NCBI RefSeq assembly: GCF_000372725.1
Contig: NW_005201213.1
Span: 124,001 to 188,000, forward strand
Source of the DNA: Emiliania huxleyi CCMP1516
Lineage: Eukaryota
DNA: 64,000 bases
Direction of reading: 5' to 3'
Translations under genes and position numbers: made by a program
Notes under the pieces: model-generated
Told to the model about the DNA's origin: nothing
Database searches by the model: none
Seen by the model: the letters and a program-made list of their open reading frames with translations, nothing else
Part shown: in pieces, positions 35,585-47,658 of the stretch
How the letters are laid out: the number at the start of each line of letters is the position of its first letter
Numbering within the stretch: position 1 is the first letter of the stretch

Positions 35585-36276
35585 GTCACTTGTAGTGAGC
35601 GTCGGGCTGGTGGTTGGGATTTTTCATTGGCGAGCGCGGTCTTTGGCTCTTGTCTTGGATCGCCAAGGTGGTCTGGCGCGAAGCGTGCATAACACGGTTC
35701 TTGTATTGCTCCTCCCTCACTATAGTTTGGACGTGCATATGGACGTATATGGACGGATAAATATGGATATTATAACTTATGGACGGATAACGAGTGCTCT
35801 TTCTTTGTTTGTTGCAGTGTATGTAGCTCTTACGTACATGCGTAGGGCCCTTAGGGGCCTAGAGAACACAATCCCCTCTCCCGTTTCTCCCAGTAAGCTA
35901 AAGTACGTACATTCCCGTAGGAGGACTCTGCTGACAGGGTTTGCGATGAGGAGCGACCCGAAGGGTTTCTCGGAGGTCAGTGCACCACTAACAAACAAAC
36001 ACACCCACTCACTCACTAACTAACCGCCGAAGCGCAAGCGCTTGGAGCAAGTTTGCGTTTCGGCGGTCGGTAGGTAGTGATCTGATCACCCGAATGCCAC
36101 GTTCGGATCGCTCCTCATCGCAAGCCCGAGAGGGAGATGTATGTATGTAGGGAGATATTTAGCAATGGTTGCCCGCCACAGCCCTAGACGGTTAGGAGCC
36201 CAACCCAGCGGGGCGTTGGTCGTCGAGGGGGAGGGGTCAGGCTGCCCGTCGAGACCTCGAGAGCTCTCCGACACCT

Positions 36277-36393
36277 CACAGCTCCCAACTGACATCGATC
36301 TCGGACCTGCCGCTTTGCAGGCGCCCTCAGGGTGCACCGACGCCCGCCTCCTCCTCTCCTCAGGTCCGAGATCGATGTCAGTTGGGAGCTGTG
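36277..36393. repeat. Perfect 33-bp inverted repeat with 51-nt spacer
   Basis: CACAGCTCCCAACTGACATCGATCTCGGACCTG at 36277-36309 and its exact reverse complement at 36361-36393. Confidence 0.9.
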
Positions 36394-39300
36394 CCGCGCG
36401 CTCCTGTCGCCTCCGCGAGCGCCTCCTCGACCCGCCGCGGGGCCCGGGCAACGGCCTCGAGCCGCGCTGGCGATGCTCGGCCGGCCTTCTGGCACCCTAT
36501 CGCACGCACTCCCGCCAGCCGCGCGCTCCCGCGCCGTCGTGCGAGCTTCTGGCGTCATCCGTGCGAGATGCGGCGTCGCGTATCAGCTCGGTCACGCGGA
36601 TCAGCTCGGTCACCTCGAGCGCGCTCGCTGCCTGCGCGCCAGGCAGCGCTCCTCTCTCGTCGTCGCGGCGACGAGTCGGGACGACGCCGTCGCTCGAGGC
36701 GCGTGGCCGGCGGCGCTCCTCTAGGCGGCGCTCCCTCGAGGCGCCGGGCCGACGTGACTGGGGCAGCTGCGGCGCACGACGGTGCCCAATGGCCGCCTCC
36801 GCCGTCCCCGGCTCGGCCTGTGGATCAGGGCAGCGGTCTCTCAGCTGTGCCGTCTCTGAACAGACACACTTGAGGACACGCGCGCGCGACGCTCACAGCT
36901 GCGTGTGCCGACAGCGGTGGTCAGTCTAAAATGTGTCTTGGTCAGTCTGACGGGCCAAAATATTTGAGGAAACACATTTTGCTGTCCTCACGCACTCACG
37001 GCCCGCGCATTGCGGCTCCGCCGAGACCTTGTTGGCAAAGTTTGATCGCACGCGCTCGTTCCCCCACAGATCCCACTAAATCATCACGGCCCCCCGTAAC
37101 ACCCCCTCCGCGCGCGGTCAAAGGCTTCCCAGGGCCGGTCTATGACATGAACCGATAGACACAAGCAAAAACAACCGCACCTCTAAGCTTCTCGGGCACC
37201 CCGAGGCCCATACGGCGCCCCGGCGGGCCCCGGCGGAGGTCCGGCGCGGCGCTCCAAATCCGCACACTCTTCGCGAGCTTCTACGGGAGTTCACGCGGCC
37301 TCTCCGCCTCGTGAGGCACACCCCACACCCACCACGAGTCCTGGGGCCGTGGGCGGACCTTTGGCCGCGGCGTCCGGAGCTTTGGTCGTCGAATATCGGC
37401 CGCCAACTAGGCCGTCGAGATCGAACGTGTCCGGAAAAAGGCTCTCGGATGGGTCCGGCAGCGGTCCCATGGACCCAGAAGCTCGCCCCGGCCGAGCATT
37501 CACGGCTCGGCCCCCGCCCCTGGTCACCCAGACGTGCCCTTGGACAGCCGTAGGGGCTCGGATGACGACGTTGGCGCCCGCGACGACGCCCTCCCCGACG
37601 CGACGTCGGGCATCTGGCAGATACACTACTCGTACTCCCGGGCGCGGCGGCGCGGATGATCACGTGGTTTGGGATTCTGAGCGATGGCAGAGGCCTTTAT
37701 TTGCAAACGAGGACGCCCCGCGAGGCCCCGTCGGCCGGGAGTGGTGAGTGGGACCATAAACAAGCACTATATCCCGTACCGCGACCAGCCCACACACAGC
37801 CCAAACCGCTGCCAAACCGGCCCTGATCACGCCGGCCGGGAGGCTGCCGGGGCGCCCAAACAGTCCCTCACGAACGCCACACGGGCCACCACGGCCCGTC
37901 CGGCGGCCCGAGTGCCGCCCCACACCCGCCCGACGCCCTCGGCCAGCCAGCGCCCACTCTGAGAGGCTTCACCGCCGCCAGCGCGCCGAGCGCGCCGCCC
38001 TCTCCTCGCGCCACACGGGCCCCTGGCCGCACGCCCGAGAGGCGGCCCATAATTTGAGTCGAGACGCGCCGCCGGCCAGCCAGCAGCTCGCCCGCCACCC
38101 GCAGAGTGCCGCCGCCGCCCCCAGCCCGCACTGGAGAGGCTCTCCCGGCCGCTAGCCGCTGTCGCGTCGCCCGGCGGCTGCGCTGGCAGCGTGGCGGTGA
38201 GGGCGGTGGAGGAGATGGCGGCGGCGGGCTGGGCGGTGGCGGTGAGGGAGCTGGCGGCGACGGGGCCGGGGTGACGTGCCGCGGCTCGTGCGCGNNNNNN
38301 NNNNNNNNNNNNNNNNNNNNNNNNNNNNNNNNNNNNNNNNNNNNNNNNNNNNNNNNNNNNNNNNNNNNNNNNNNNNNNNNNNNNNNNNNNNNNNNNNNNN
38401 NNNNNNNNNNNNNNNNNNNNNNNNNNNNNNNNNNNNNNNNNNNNNNNNNNNNNNNNNNNNNNNNNNNNNNNNNNNNNNNNNNNNNNNNNNNNNNNNNNNN
38501 NNNNNNNNNNNNNNNNNNNNNNNNNNNNNNNNNNNNNNNNNNNNNNNNNNNNNNNNNNNNNNNNNNNNNNNNNNNNNNNNNNNNNNNNNNNNNNNNNNNN
38601 NNNNNNNNNNNNNNNNNNNNNNNNNNNNNNNNNNNNNNNNNNNNNNNNNNNNNNNNNNNNNNNNNNNNNNNNNNNNNNNNNNNNNNNNNNNNNNNNNNNN
38701 NNNNNNNNNNNNNNNNNNNNNNNNNNNNNNNNNNNNNNNNNNNNNNNNNNNNNNNNNNNNNNNNNNNNNNNNNNNNNNNNNNNNNNNNNNNNNNNNNNNN
38801 NNNNNNNNNNNNNNNNNNNNNNNNNNNNNNNNNNNNNNNNNNNNNNNNNNNNNNNNNNNNNNNNNNNNNNNNNNNNNNNNNNNNNNNNNNNNNNNNNNNN
38901 NNNNNNNNNNNNNNNNNNNNNNNNNNNNNNNNNNNNNNNNNNNNNNNNNNNNNNNNNNNNNNNNNNNNNNNNNNNNNNNNNNNNNNNNNNCGCCAGCACG
39001 GGCGGGCACCACGTAGCGGCACCCACCAGTGTTGCGGGGGCAACGAACGTACTCAGGCCTTGGCCTAATTACGGGCACAAGCGTTTCGGCAGGTCCAGCC
39101 TCATTCGCAGGGGGTGAGGGAGGGGATGAGGACGGTGAGGGCGGCTGGGGCAGCCGGGAAGGCAGCACAGGCGAGGCGCGGCGCACCTCAAACTCGAGCG
39201 AGTAGCGGGAATATCACCCGCTGCTCCGGCGGGAGAGTGCTCCCCGCCGCCCCCTGGGTCACCTCGAGTGACCTCGCAGCCCACACCGCGAGGCGCTGCT

Positions 39301-39933
39301 GTCAGGGGGGTGTATCACCGCCGTATCAACCCCACACTCCGTCGCCCAGCCGCCGACAGCGGGGCGCTTGCTGTCGGGACGCGCAGTCTCGACAGCGGAG
39401 CGCGTGCTTCTTGCCGGCGGAGCAGCAAGCTCCTCAGCAGCGAGCGCAGAAGCTTTCTTGCGTACCGCCGCCGCGCAGTCCCTATGGATGCACGTCGACG
39501 CCGGAGACGCCGGCCCGAGCGCTTCTCCTCGCTCTAGAGCCACGGCGGGCAGCCCGTTGACCGCCTCACCGCCTCACCGCCCAGTTCGTGGTCCCGCACC
39601 ACCAACAGCCGTCCATCTGAACGGCGACGGAGGCCAAGCCCGACGTCTGGGCTCTAGCCGATCACCTGGCCGCCCGCGACGAGCCGCCAGTCGGCGTGGC
39701 GGCGAGGAAGGGAGCGAGAGCTCTCCAGTGCCGCTGGCACCCTGTGGCTGGCCTGCGAATGCTCATTCACAGCGATGCCCGAGGGGAATTCGCGTGGAAA
39801 TTCGATCCGCCGACTCAGGGAGGGGTCCTCTATCGGGGAAGGAGGTTGCGGGAAAAATCTGAGAAATCACCCCCAGCCTTCCCCCTCTCCGTCGAGGGGT
39901 GTCAGCTCCTCGGTGTGCTGATCCTTCCCTTAG

Positions 39934-41043
39934 ACTCAAATTTCCACACTCATCGTCGACTGCGGTTCGGGCCTGACGCGCGCCGCCGTCTTCTGGCGCG
40001 ACGCTGGCAATCGCGTCCACGCCTGCGAGGCGAGCGCGAGCACCGGGCAGGCGGAACCGTTTGCGCTCCCTCGGATCGTTGACGTGCTCACCGAGGGCGG
40101 CTCGGCGCTGCGCCGGTGGGTGGCGAGCATACAGGAGCTCGTCGTGGCGACGGGCTGCACCTCCACAGTAATTGGCGCCACCGGCGGGCTGCGGCAGGCC
40201 GAGGCGGCCGGCAGGGTCACGCCTCGCATGCTCGCGTCGCTTGGAGAGCTGCTGCGGGAGCTGGTGCCGGCCGCCGAGTTCCGCAGCCTGAGCGGCGAGG
40301 ACGAGGCGCGGGCCGAGCTCGGCGCGGTGCAGCACGTCGCCGACTTGACACTGCCGCCGAGTGTGCCCCGGCCGATCGGAATGCTCAGTGGCGGCGGGAT
40401 GACCTCGCAGGCGAGCGGCCTTGCTGTCGCTGCCCGGGAGTGTCGGTGCTGAGATCGTCCCCGACCTTTGCAGGTCGGCTGGCACGACCCTCCGGGCGCA
40501 GCGGCCAGCTTCCTCTCGGTGACGCACGGGCTGATCGACGCCGCCGCCTCGCTCTGCGAGCGGGCGGACGGCGCGGCCGACGAAGACGCGCGGAGTTGCG
40601 CGATCGAGGCCTTTGGCGCGCGGCTTGCGGCAGAGGTGTCCGCCTCTGGCCGGCGCGGACAGCTACGCGGCACGCTCGTCGCCATCGAAATGGTCGGAGC
40701 CTGCGGCTCCGCAGACGAGTACGGCGGCCGCTTCGCCGGGCTGGCGCGGCAGGTGGGCCAGCGGGTGGTGGGCAAGGCGGCGCTGGTCGCGGCGCTGCGG
40801 GAGCACCTGCAGCAGTGGGCGAGGGGCGGGGCCGTGGCGAGCCGGCACGAGGCGTACGCTGGGCTGCTGCCCGCAGAGCTGCTAGGGCTCGCAGGCCTCG
40901 CCGACGAGGGAGCGAGCTTTTACCTCTGCCGCTCGTTCGAGGTCGCTCCGGGCGTGACCCTCAAGCCGAGCTGGTCTCTCGGCGTCTACCTCTCGCGGTC
41001 GGCCGCGCCGCCGCCGCCACCATCGCCGCTGGAGCATAGCTGA
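39934..41043 (+). CDS. GDA1/CD39 (apyrase/NTPDase)-like protein, 5' exon unresolved; GC-AG intron 40411-40473
   Basis: Apyrase conserved regions: IVDCGSGLTR, GATGGLR, LSGEDEA, GMLSGGGMTSQ, SWSLG. Confidence 0.75.
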
Positions 41044-41645
41044 TTTTAGCGCGCAGATAGCGTCTCGCCCCAGAGCCCCACTCAGCACTCAACACTCTCA
41101 CTTCACACTTGTGCGGAAACACCTAACACTGCAAGAGTGCAACCTGCAAACACTCGCTTGCTTTATAGTAGACCGGAGGGCTACGAAGCCTTCTGACCTG
41201 CAAAGTGAAAGTGCGATACACATACGATATGTAAGCGCGGTCTTTTATATCAGGACATACACAATGGTGTACGAGTGTAGGACCGTACAGGTACACCGTA
41301 GTCCGTAGAGCGTGTAGTTTGAGAGAGACGGACAGAGGCGAGAGCCCCCGCCAGCGGCAGCGCGGGCCCGAAAAGTCGAACGCGACCCCCCCCCCCCCAA
41401 AAAAAAAAAACTGTGCTCTTCAATTACCGGTGTATGATACGCATGCTTGTGTCGTGCAGTGTGACCACGGTCAGGGTGGAGAGTGCGTAGACCACGCAGC
41501 GTCGCGAATCGGGGGGGGGGGGGGGGGAGGGGAGAACCACACACACAGCTCAAGACCCAAGTACAGGAGAGCTCTGGCTCACCGCGTGGCCAACGCGCGC
41601 GGCGGGCCGCAAGCCTCGAGCAAAGCCAGCGGTATGCGCGCCGCC

Positions 41646-41980
41646 TCAGTGGCCGCCCAAATGCTTCTCCTTGTAGCTGTGCCGCTCGACTGCCGGCGGA
41701 AGCGGAGGAGCCGCGTCAGCAGCTCGGGAAGGGGGTCGGGCGGCGGGCGGGCGGGCGAGAGGCGGGGAGGGCAGCACGCACAGCGCAGGTGCTGAAAGTA
41801 GTCGAGCGTGTAGCCAATGAAGCCTACGACCAGCATCGCGTGCACGACGGGGCGGAAGGAGCCCTTGTCAAAGAACATCTTCTTGTAGTTGGGGAAGGTG
41901 CGCGCAAAAAACGTGTCGCCCTTGAGCACACTCATGTACGGCGCCTCGCCAGTCGCGGGGAAGCGCGGGTCCATGGACAT
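41646..41980 (-). CDS. Probable mitochondrial ATP synthase subunit f (80 aa); exons 41980-41782 and 41689-41646
   Basis: NYKKMFFDKGSFRPVVHAMLVVGFIGYTLDYFQHLRFERH fits the subunit-f pattern (Y..K....GS..P..H plus one TM helix); GT-AG intron restores the frame. Confidence 0.6.
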
Positions 41981-42949
41981 GGCGGACCCTGTGGATGGGG
42001 TGTGCACAGGGTCAAGAGCGGCCGACCGAGACAGAAACGGACGCCGCGCGCTCCCGCATGTCGCCACCACCGCGTGTGCAGAGGATCAGGCGGCGCCCGA
42101 GAGACGGAGCAGGAGGCTGCGCGCTCCCACATGCCACCCACACAACCCTGCGCGCCCCAGCGCGGTCCCTGCGCCGTCTGCGCCACTCTGTGCCGGCACG
42201 CGCTCCGAATGGCGGGAAGAGGTTTGTGCGCGCGGCCGTTCCGGCGCAGGCTGAGGGTGTGTTAGGGTAGGGGGTAGTGTGTGCTTTGCGTCCGCCGCGT
42301 CCGCCGCGCGCCCGCACTATCGTCCGCGCGCCCGACAGAAACTCGCCGATAAAAAAGAAAAAATCGGAGTTTTCTTTCTTTCTTTTAGGCAGGCTCGAGA
42401 CAGGTCGAACTGATAAAAAAGAAGACTAGCCAGGCGGTACCGTACACGGAACTAACCCTCGGAGACCCGTGTTGTTACTTTACGGCCCTTTCCCTGCGAA
42501 CGAACGCGCACCCCCGGGGCTAGGGCTCTCTAGCCCGTAACCCGACACCGATCATCCGGCCCGCTGGGTGCGCTTCTCAGCTCCCCGGCCCTGGATGTGT
42601 GTGTGGTTAATGACTGCACTCCAAGTAAGAGTAAGTGCTCCTCGGCGGACGATGCCGTCTGCTCCGGCTCCCCAGTCCCCGGGTCTGCCCTGCTCTCGTC
42701 TGCGCTAGTTTCTGCTTCGTCATCACCGGCTGCCTCACCAAAAAGCATTTGCGTCGAGTATATCGACCTCTACTGCTTACCCAGCCTTTTTGAGTGTATC
42801 CTGGCTGTGGTCCCACACCCCGCCCACTGCGCACTGGTGTCCATGAACCATGATGGAGTCCATCTCACAGAGACCGCAGGAGGTCATGTGAGGGTCGATG
42901 GGAGTGCCAACCCCACAATCGGCCTAAAAACCCAGCCCAGTATCCCGCT

Positions 42950-44740
42950 ATCAACGTGAGGAGAGGGGCCCTCTTGAGGGGGACAGCTCAAGCAATACCC
43001 AAAATGCGATCCAAACTACCAGCGCCGCGCCGAAACGCGAAAGGAGCGCGGCCCGCGTCGGCTCGCAACCTCGCAGCGTTGGGCTGCTTGCTCAACCCCA
43101 TCGCGTCCGACACCGAGTCGTGCGCAATCTCGCGAGTCGCGCGTGATTGCTGATTGGTTTTGATGGGACTAGGTCCAGCCCTGGGTGGCGCAGGTTTTGT
43201 GACATTTGGCGATTCCGCGACTTACTGGGCCCCTGAGCCGCTACCCGTGTGCGATTTTTTGTGGCCCGGACATGACACTGGTAGTAAACGGGTCAGAACC
43301 GGCCAAACACAGGCTACAGCCCCACACACGCGCCCGCCATAGCTCCTGGAGAGCATGCGCGAGTGACGCGCTGCAAGCCGCGAGAGTGGCATCAGAGGCA
43401 GGAACGACGTGCTCTTGCTGCACCTCGCAGCTGCACCAAGTGTGCTCGCAGTGTATGCCACGGCCACTGCCTGCGGCATTGCTCTCGTGCAGCTAGGCGA
43501 CGCAGGTCCATCAGCAGGGCTCATCCAATGCGAGCGCACATTGTGCGTAGCCGCGGGCAGGTGGCAGTGCACAGCCGCACACCGGCTGTGGCGGCTCGAA
43601 TGCCCCCGGCAGTGCTGCTAGTCATCAACTTGCGTATTAGGGCCGCAGCAGACTGCTGCTGTGGCAGCAGCAGCAGCCTGCTGCTGCCTGATTCAGTCAA
43701 GCCAGCGGTGCAGCGAGGCGTGCAGAATTCGCGCGGTTTGGTACCTCCTGAGGCTGAGCGCGTTCAGAATCGGTGACCGGAGTTGGATGGTCCGATGGAG
43801 CTCGGCGAGCTCCATCGGACCATCCATGGCCGGACGGCGGAGCGTGAGGTGGCGAGCGGAGAGATGTACCGCAAGACCAAAAAAACACGGATCTGACGAT
43901 TGTCACACGGATCTGACGCGATGTCGGTGTCAGCTCGCAGCTGCTCCTGGTGCCGCTGCTTGGCCGCCGCGCTCGCACTCGCTCCGCTCGATGCCATCGT
44001 GAGGCTGCAACGGTCTGCGAGCTCCTTTCGCCCAGCGGGTCCACCACAGAGTTCTCCCAGTCATGTGCCCAAATGCGCCCGCCGTTTTTCGTCATACCCC
44101 CCCTCCTGGAAACCCGCCGACTTTGATTGGGTCCGGTTCAACCTCACTCTCATCTTTATACTTACAGATAAAACACGGATCTGACGATTGTCACCTCGAT
44201 AAGCTCCACATCGGGAAGAAAAAGGTGCGCTGCCGTGCACGGATCGCCCGTTTGTGCCTCCAGCGATGCCACTGCAGAGTGCCGCGTCGCCTCGACCATG
44301 GCGTCAATCTCTGTTGGCGAGAGCTTTCCCTGCCGCTCTAGCTTCTCCCTCTCCGCTGCAGCGCATGCCTGCGCCAGGCGGTTGCGTCCCGTCTGCGAGA
44401 ACAGCTCCCTAGTTCGCCGCTCAATGTCAGTCCACATTGCAATGTACTCGACGCGCGACATGCTCGCCACCCAATCGCCGTGCTTCCCCGGAAGAACGAA
44501 TAAGCGCAGATAGAGCAGGTAGCACTCCACGGTCTCCTTACCTCGCCCCATCCGAGTTGGGTCAACGCGCGAAATCTGCGCACGCGTTGTTGCTAACCAG
44601 ACCGCAAAATCCACGAGAAGCTCTGCGCTCATCATCCGCGCGTCCGACGGTCTCCCCTCCAGAAAGCGGCTAAACGCATGGAACGCGACAGCAACGGCCG
44701 CATGCGTTTTCAGAGTGGGCGCCTTCGGCGCCTCGCCCAT
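42950..44740 (-). pseudogene. Possible degenerate tyrosine-recombinase (Crypton/DIRS-like) remnant
   Basis: AFSRFL...LLVDFAVWL...TVECYLLYLR resembles a YR core-binding domain; downstream broken frames include AAQRCEVASRRGPRSFR. Confidence 0.35.
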
Positions 44741-45659
44741 CGCACACGCCGCCCGAGAGCACTCCCACCCCCGCCGCCTCGCAAGCTCACAGGTTGATTT
44801 GAGGAGAAGCAGCTGGGGGAGGTCAAAGCGGGAGAAGGCGGCACGGCGGCGGCGGCGCGGCCCCCCCCCATCCCCACGCCTCCGGGTCGTGCGTACCGCC
44901 TCCGGGCGCGAGTGTCCCCCCAGCGTCTGCTCCGGCAGTCGCTCCGGTAATCAGGCCGAGAGTACCAGGGAGGATGGGAGAAGAGCCCAGGGTGGGGAGA
45001 GGAGAAGAGCCCAGGGAGGGGGGAGGAGAAGAGCCCAAGACGGCCTCCCTCTCCCTCCCCTCCCACCGGGCCTCCCTCTCCCTCTCCTCCCACCGGGCCT
45101 CCCTCTCCCCCTCCTCCCGCCAAGCACCGACAGTCTCGAGGGGCCAGCCGCTGGAAGGGGCAAGCCAGCGGCACGAGGGCTTCAGCCACACAGCTACCAT
45201 GGGAACGCGACCCACACAAAGCACCAAAGTTAGGCATACCCCCCGGCGCAGTGTCCCCCGCTATGTGTCGCCGTTCGTCGGGGCACGCTATCCTGTGCAG
45301 TCAGGGCAAGTGGGGGCGGGGTGGACAGCCCAGCGCAGATGCACTGGGATCTCTCTGCCCAGTCCGGGGGTGCGTCGAACCTTCCATCACCCTGTCGGAA
45401 GCGGCGTGCCGGTGGAGGCACGTCCGGGTTTTGGAAGTAAAGATATATTACTTTTTTTTTCGAGAGACTTTCGGAGAGGCTCTTTGGAAGGGAGGTCCGC
45501 AGCACCCCGAGGGAGGCGGCGACCCAGCTGAGCAACAAACTTTCGCACGCTCAGCACCTGGGCGATCTCGCGCCGCCTAGCGCGCCGCCTCGTCACCGCC
45601 GCCACCGCAAGTCGAGAACTACTCGCGCGCGCATATGCCGCCCCCCTCCCCGCTGCCTT

Positions 45660-46705
45660 TTAAACCCCTTCTCCGGACCGTGCCGCTGGCAGGTGCTCCC
45701 CGGCGGCAATCTCGGCCTCGCTGTACCCAACCAGCCGCGCCGCAAGCGGTGTTAGCAGCGGCTCGTCGCGCGGCACAGAGTACCGCGCCATCTGCTCGTC
45801 GCAGTACACGCTGTACTCGTGCGTCGGCTGGAAGACATATGGCCGGTGCGCCGTCGTGACGCGCGCCCGGACCGCCGCCTTTCGCCTCCGAATCACCTCC
45901 TCCGAGGCGCGCGAGCGGGGGACGAGGCAGACAAAAGCGACCGCGCGCAGCAGCTCGTCCTCCTCCTCCTCCTCCTCCTCCCCGCCCGCGAGGACTGCGC
46001 CCCCTTCCCCCGGCGCTGAGCAGTGGGCAGTGCGCGAGTCCCACAGCAGCAGATCGCCGCGCTGCAGCAGGCAGATGATGCCGCCACTGCCACTGCCGCC
46101 GCCACTGCCGCCGTCACCGCCGTCGTCACCGCCGCCGTCGCGGAGTAGGGGGTCGTCGGGCGGAAGCCTGAAGAAGTCGTCGTCGTCCTGCAGCTCCGCC
46201 GCGTAGCGAGAGAGCCGTCCAAAGCGGCGGTGCGATCCCGGCAGGAGGACGTTGCCGCCCGTGGCGTGGCTTGTGGCCGGTCCGAAGTGGACGAGGCCCT
46301 GGACACACTCGAACTCTGGCCTCGCCGGGTTCTGGTCCACGTGCAGCCAACCGCCGCGCGTCCGCCGCTCCGGCCGCCGCCTCCACGGCCGAAACGCGGC
46401 CGCGCCGTCGAGCGAGGTGATCAGGTCGTCCGACGTCACGCCCCACACGGCGGCAAAGGCCGCGCGCACGTTGGCGTTGCTCCGGATGCGCCACATGAAT
46501 TCGGAGCACCCGATGCCGTGGAAGGGCAGGATGCCGCCCTCGACGCAGCGAGGCCAGCGCTCGTCGTCCCACGTGTCGGGCCGCCGCCGCTCGACGCCTG
46601 TGCCGAGCCCCTCTAGCCAGGCCCACAGCCCGTCTAGCGCGTGCTCGCATTCGGCCACGGTGAGAGCGTGAGAAAACACGACGAATCCGTGCTCCCTGAG
46701 GTGAA
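45660..46705 (-). CDS. Phytanoyl-CoA dioxygenase (PhyH)-like Fe(II)/2OG oxygenase; 5' end runs into low-quality sequence and gap
   Basis: LREHGFVVF, WLHVDQNP (HxD), CVQGLV, GDLLLWDSRTAH (distal His). Confidence 0.82.
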
Positions 46706-47658
46706 GCGGCTGCAAGCAGCTTCCCTTCCTTCTTCTGGGGCCGAAACTTTCCTCCGGAATCCCCCCTTGGCCGGGGGAACCGGGGTTTCCGCTTGGCCCT
46801 TCCCCCGCAACGGGGGGGCCCGNNNNNNNNNNNNNNNNNNNNNNNNNNNNNNNNNNNNNNNNNNNNNNNNNNNNNNNNNNNNNNNNNNNNNNNNNNNNNN
46901 NNNNNNNNNNNNNNNNNNNNNNNNNNNNNNNNNNNNNNNNNNNNNNNNNNNNNNNNNNNNNNNNNNNNNNNNNNNNNNNNNNNNNNNNNNNNNNNNNNNN
47001 NNNNNNNNNNNNNNNNNNNNNNNNNNNNNNNNNNNNNNNNNNNNNNNNNNNNNNNNNNNNNNNNNNNNNNNNNNNNNNNNNNNNNNNNNNNNNNNNNNNN
47101 NNNNNNNNNNNNNNNNNNNNNNNNNNNNNNNNNNNNNNNNNNNNNNNNNNNNNNNNNNNNNNNNNNNNNNNNNNNNNNNNNNNNNNNNNNNNNNNNNNNN
47201 NNNNNNNNNNNNNNNNNNNNNNNNNNNNNNNNNNNNNNNNNNNNNNNNNNNNNNNNNNNNNNNNNNNNNNNNNNNNNNNNNNNNNNNNNNNNNNNNNNNN
47301 NNNNNNNNNNNNNNNNNNNNNNNNNNNNNNNNNNNNNNNNNNNNNNNNNNNNNNNNNNNNNNNNNNNNNNNNNNNNNNNNNNNNNNNNNNNNNNNNNNNN
47401 NNNNNNNNNNNNNNNNNNNNNNNNNNNNNNNNNNNNNNNNNNNNNNNNNNNNNNNNNNNNNNNNNNNNNNNNNNNNNNNNNNNNNNNNNNNNNNNNNNNN
47501 NNNNNNNNNNNNNNNNNNNNNNNNNNNNNNNNNNNNNNNNNNNNNNNNNNNNNNNNNNNNNNNNNNNNNNNNNNNNNNNNNNNNNNNNNNNNNNNNNTCC
47601 TAATGAAAAAAAAAATATAACCACTCCTGATATCAATCATTCCCTTTCTTCCTTCTTA

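Noticed and set aside
36080..36100. Hammerhead ribozyme core
   Set aside because: Reads CTGATCA...CGAAT rather than CUGANGA...GAAA, with no matching stems
37827..47640. ORFs spanning N-runs (38295-38990, 46823-47597)
   Set aside because: Artefacts of translating gaps
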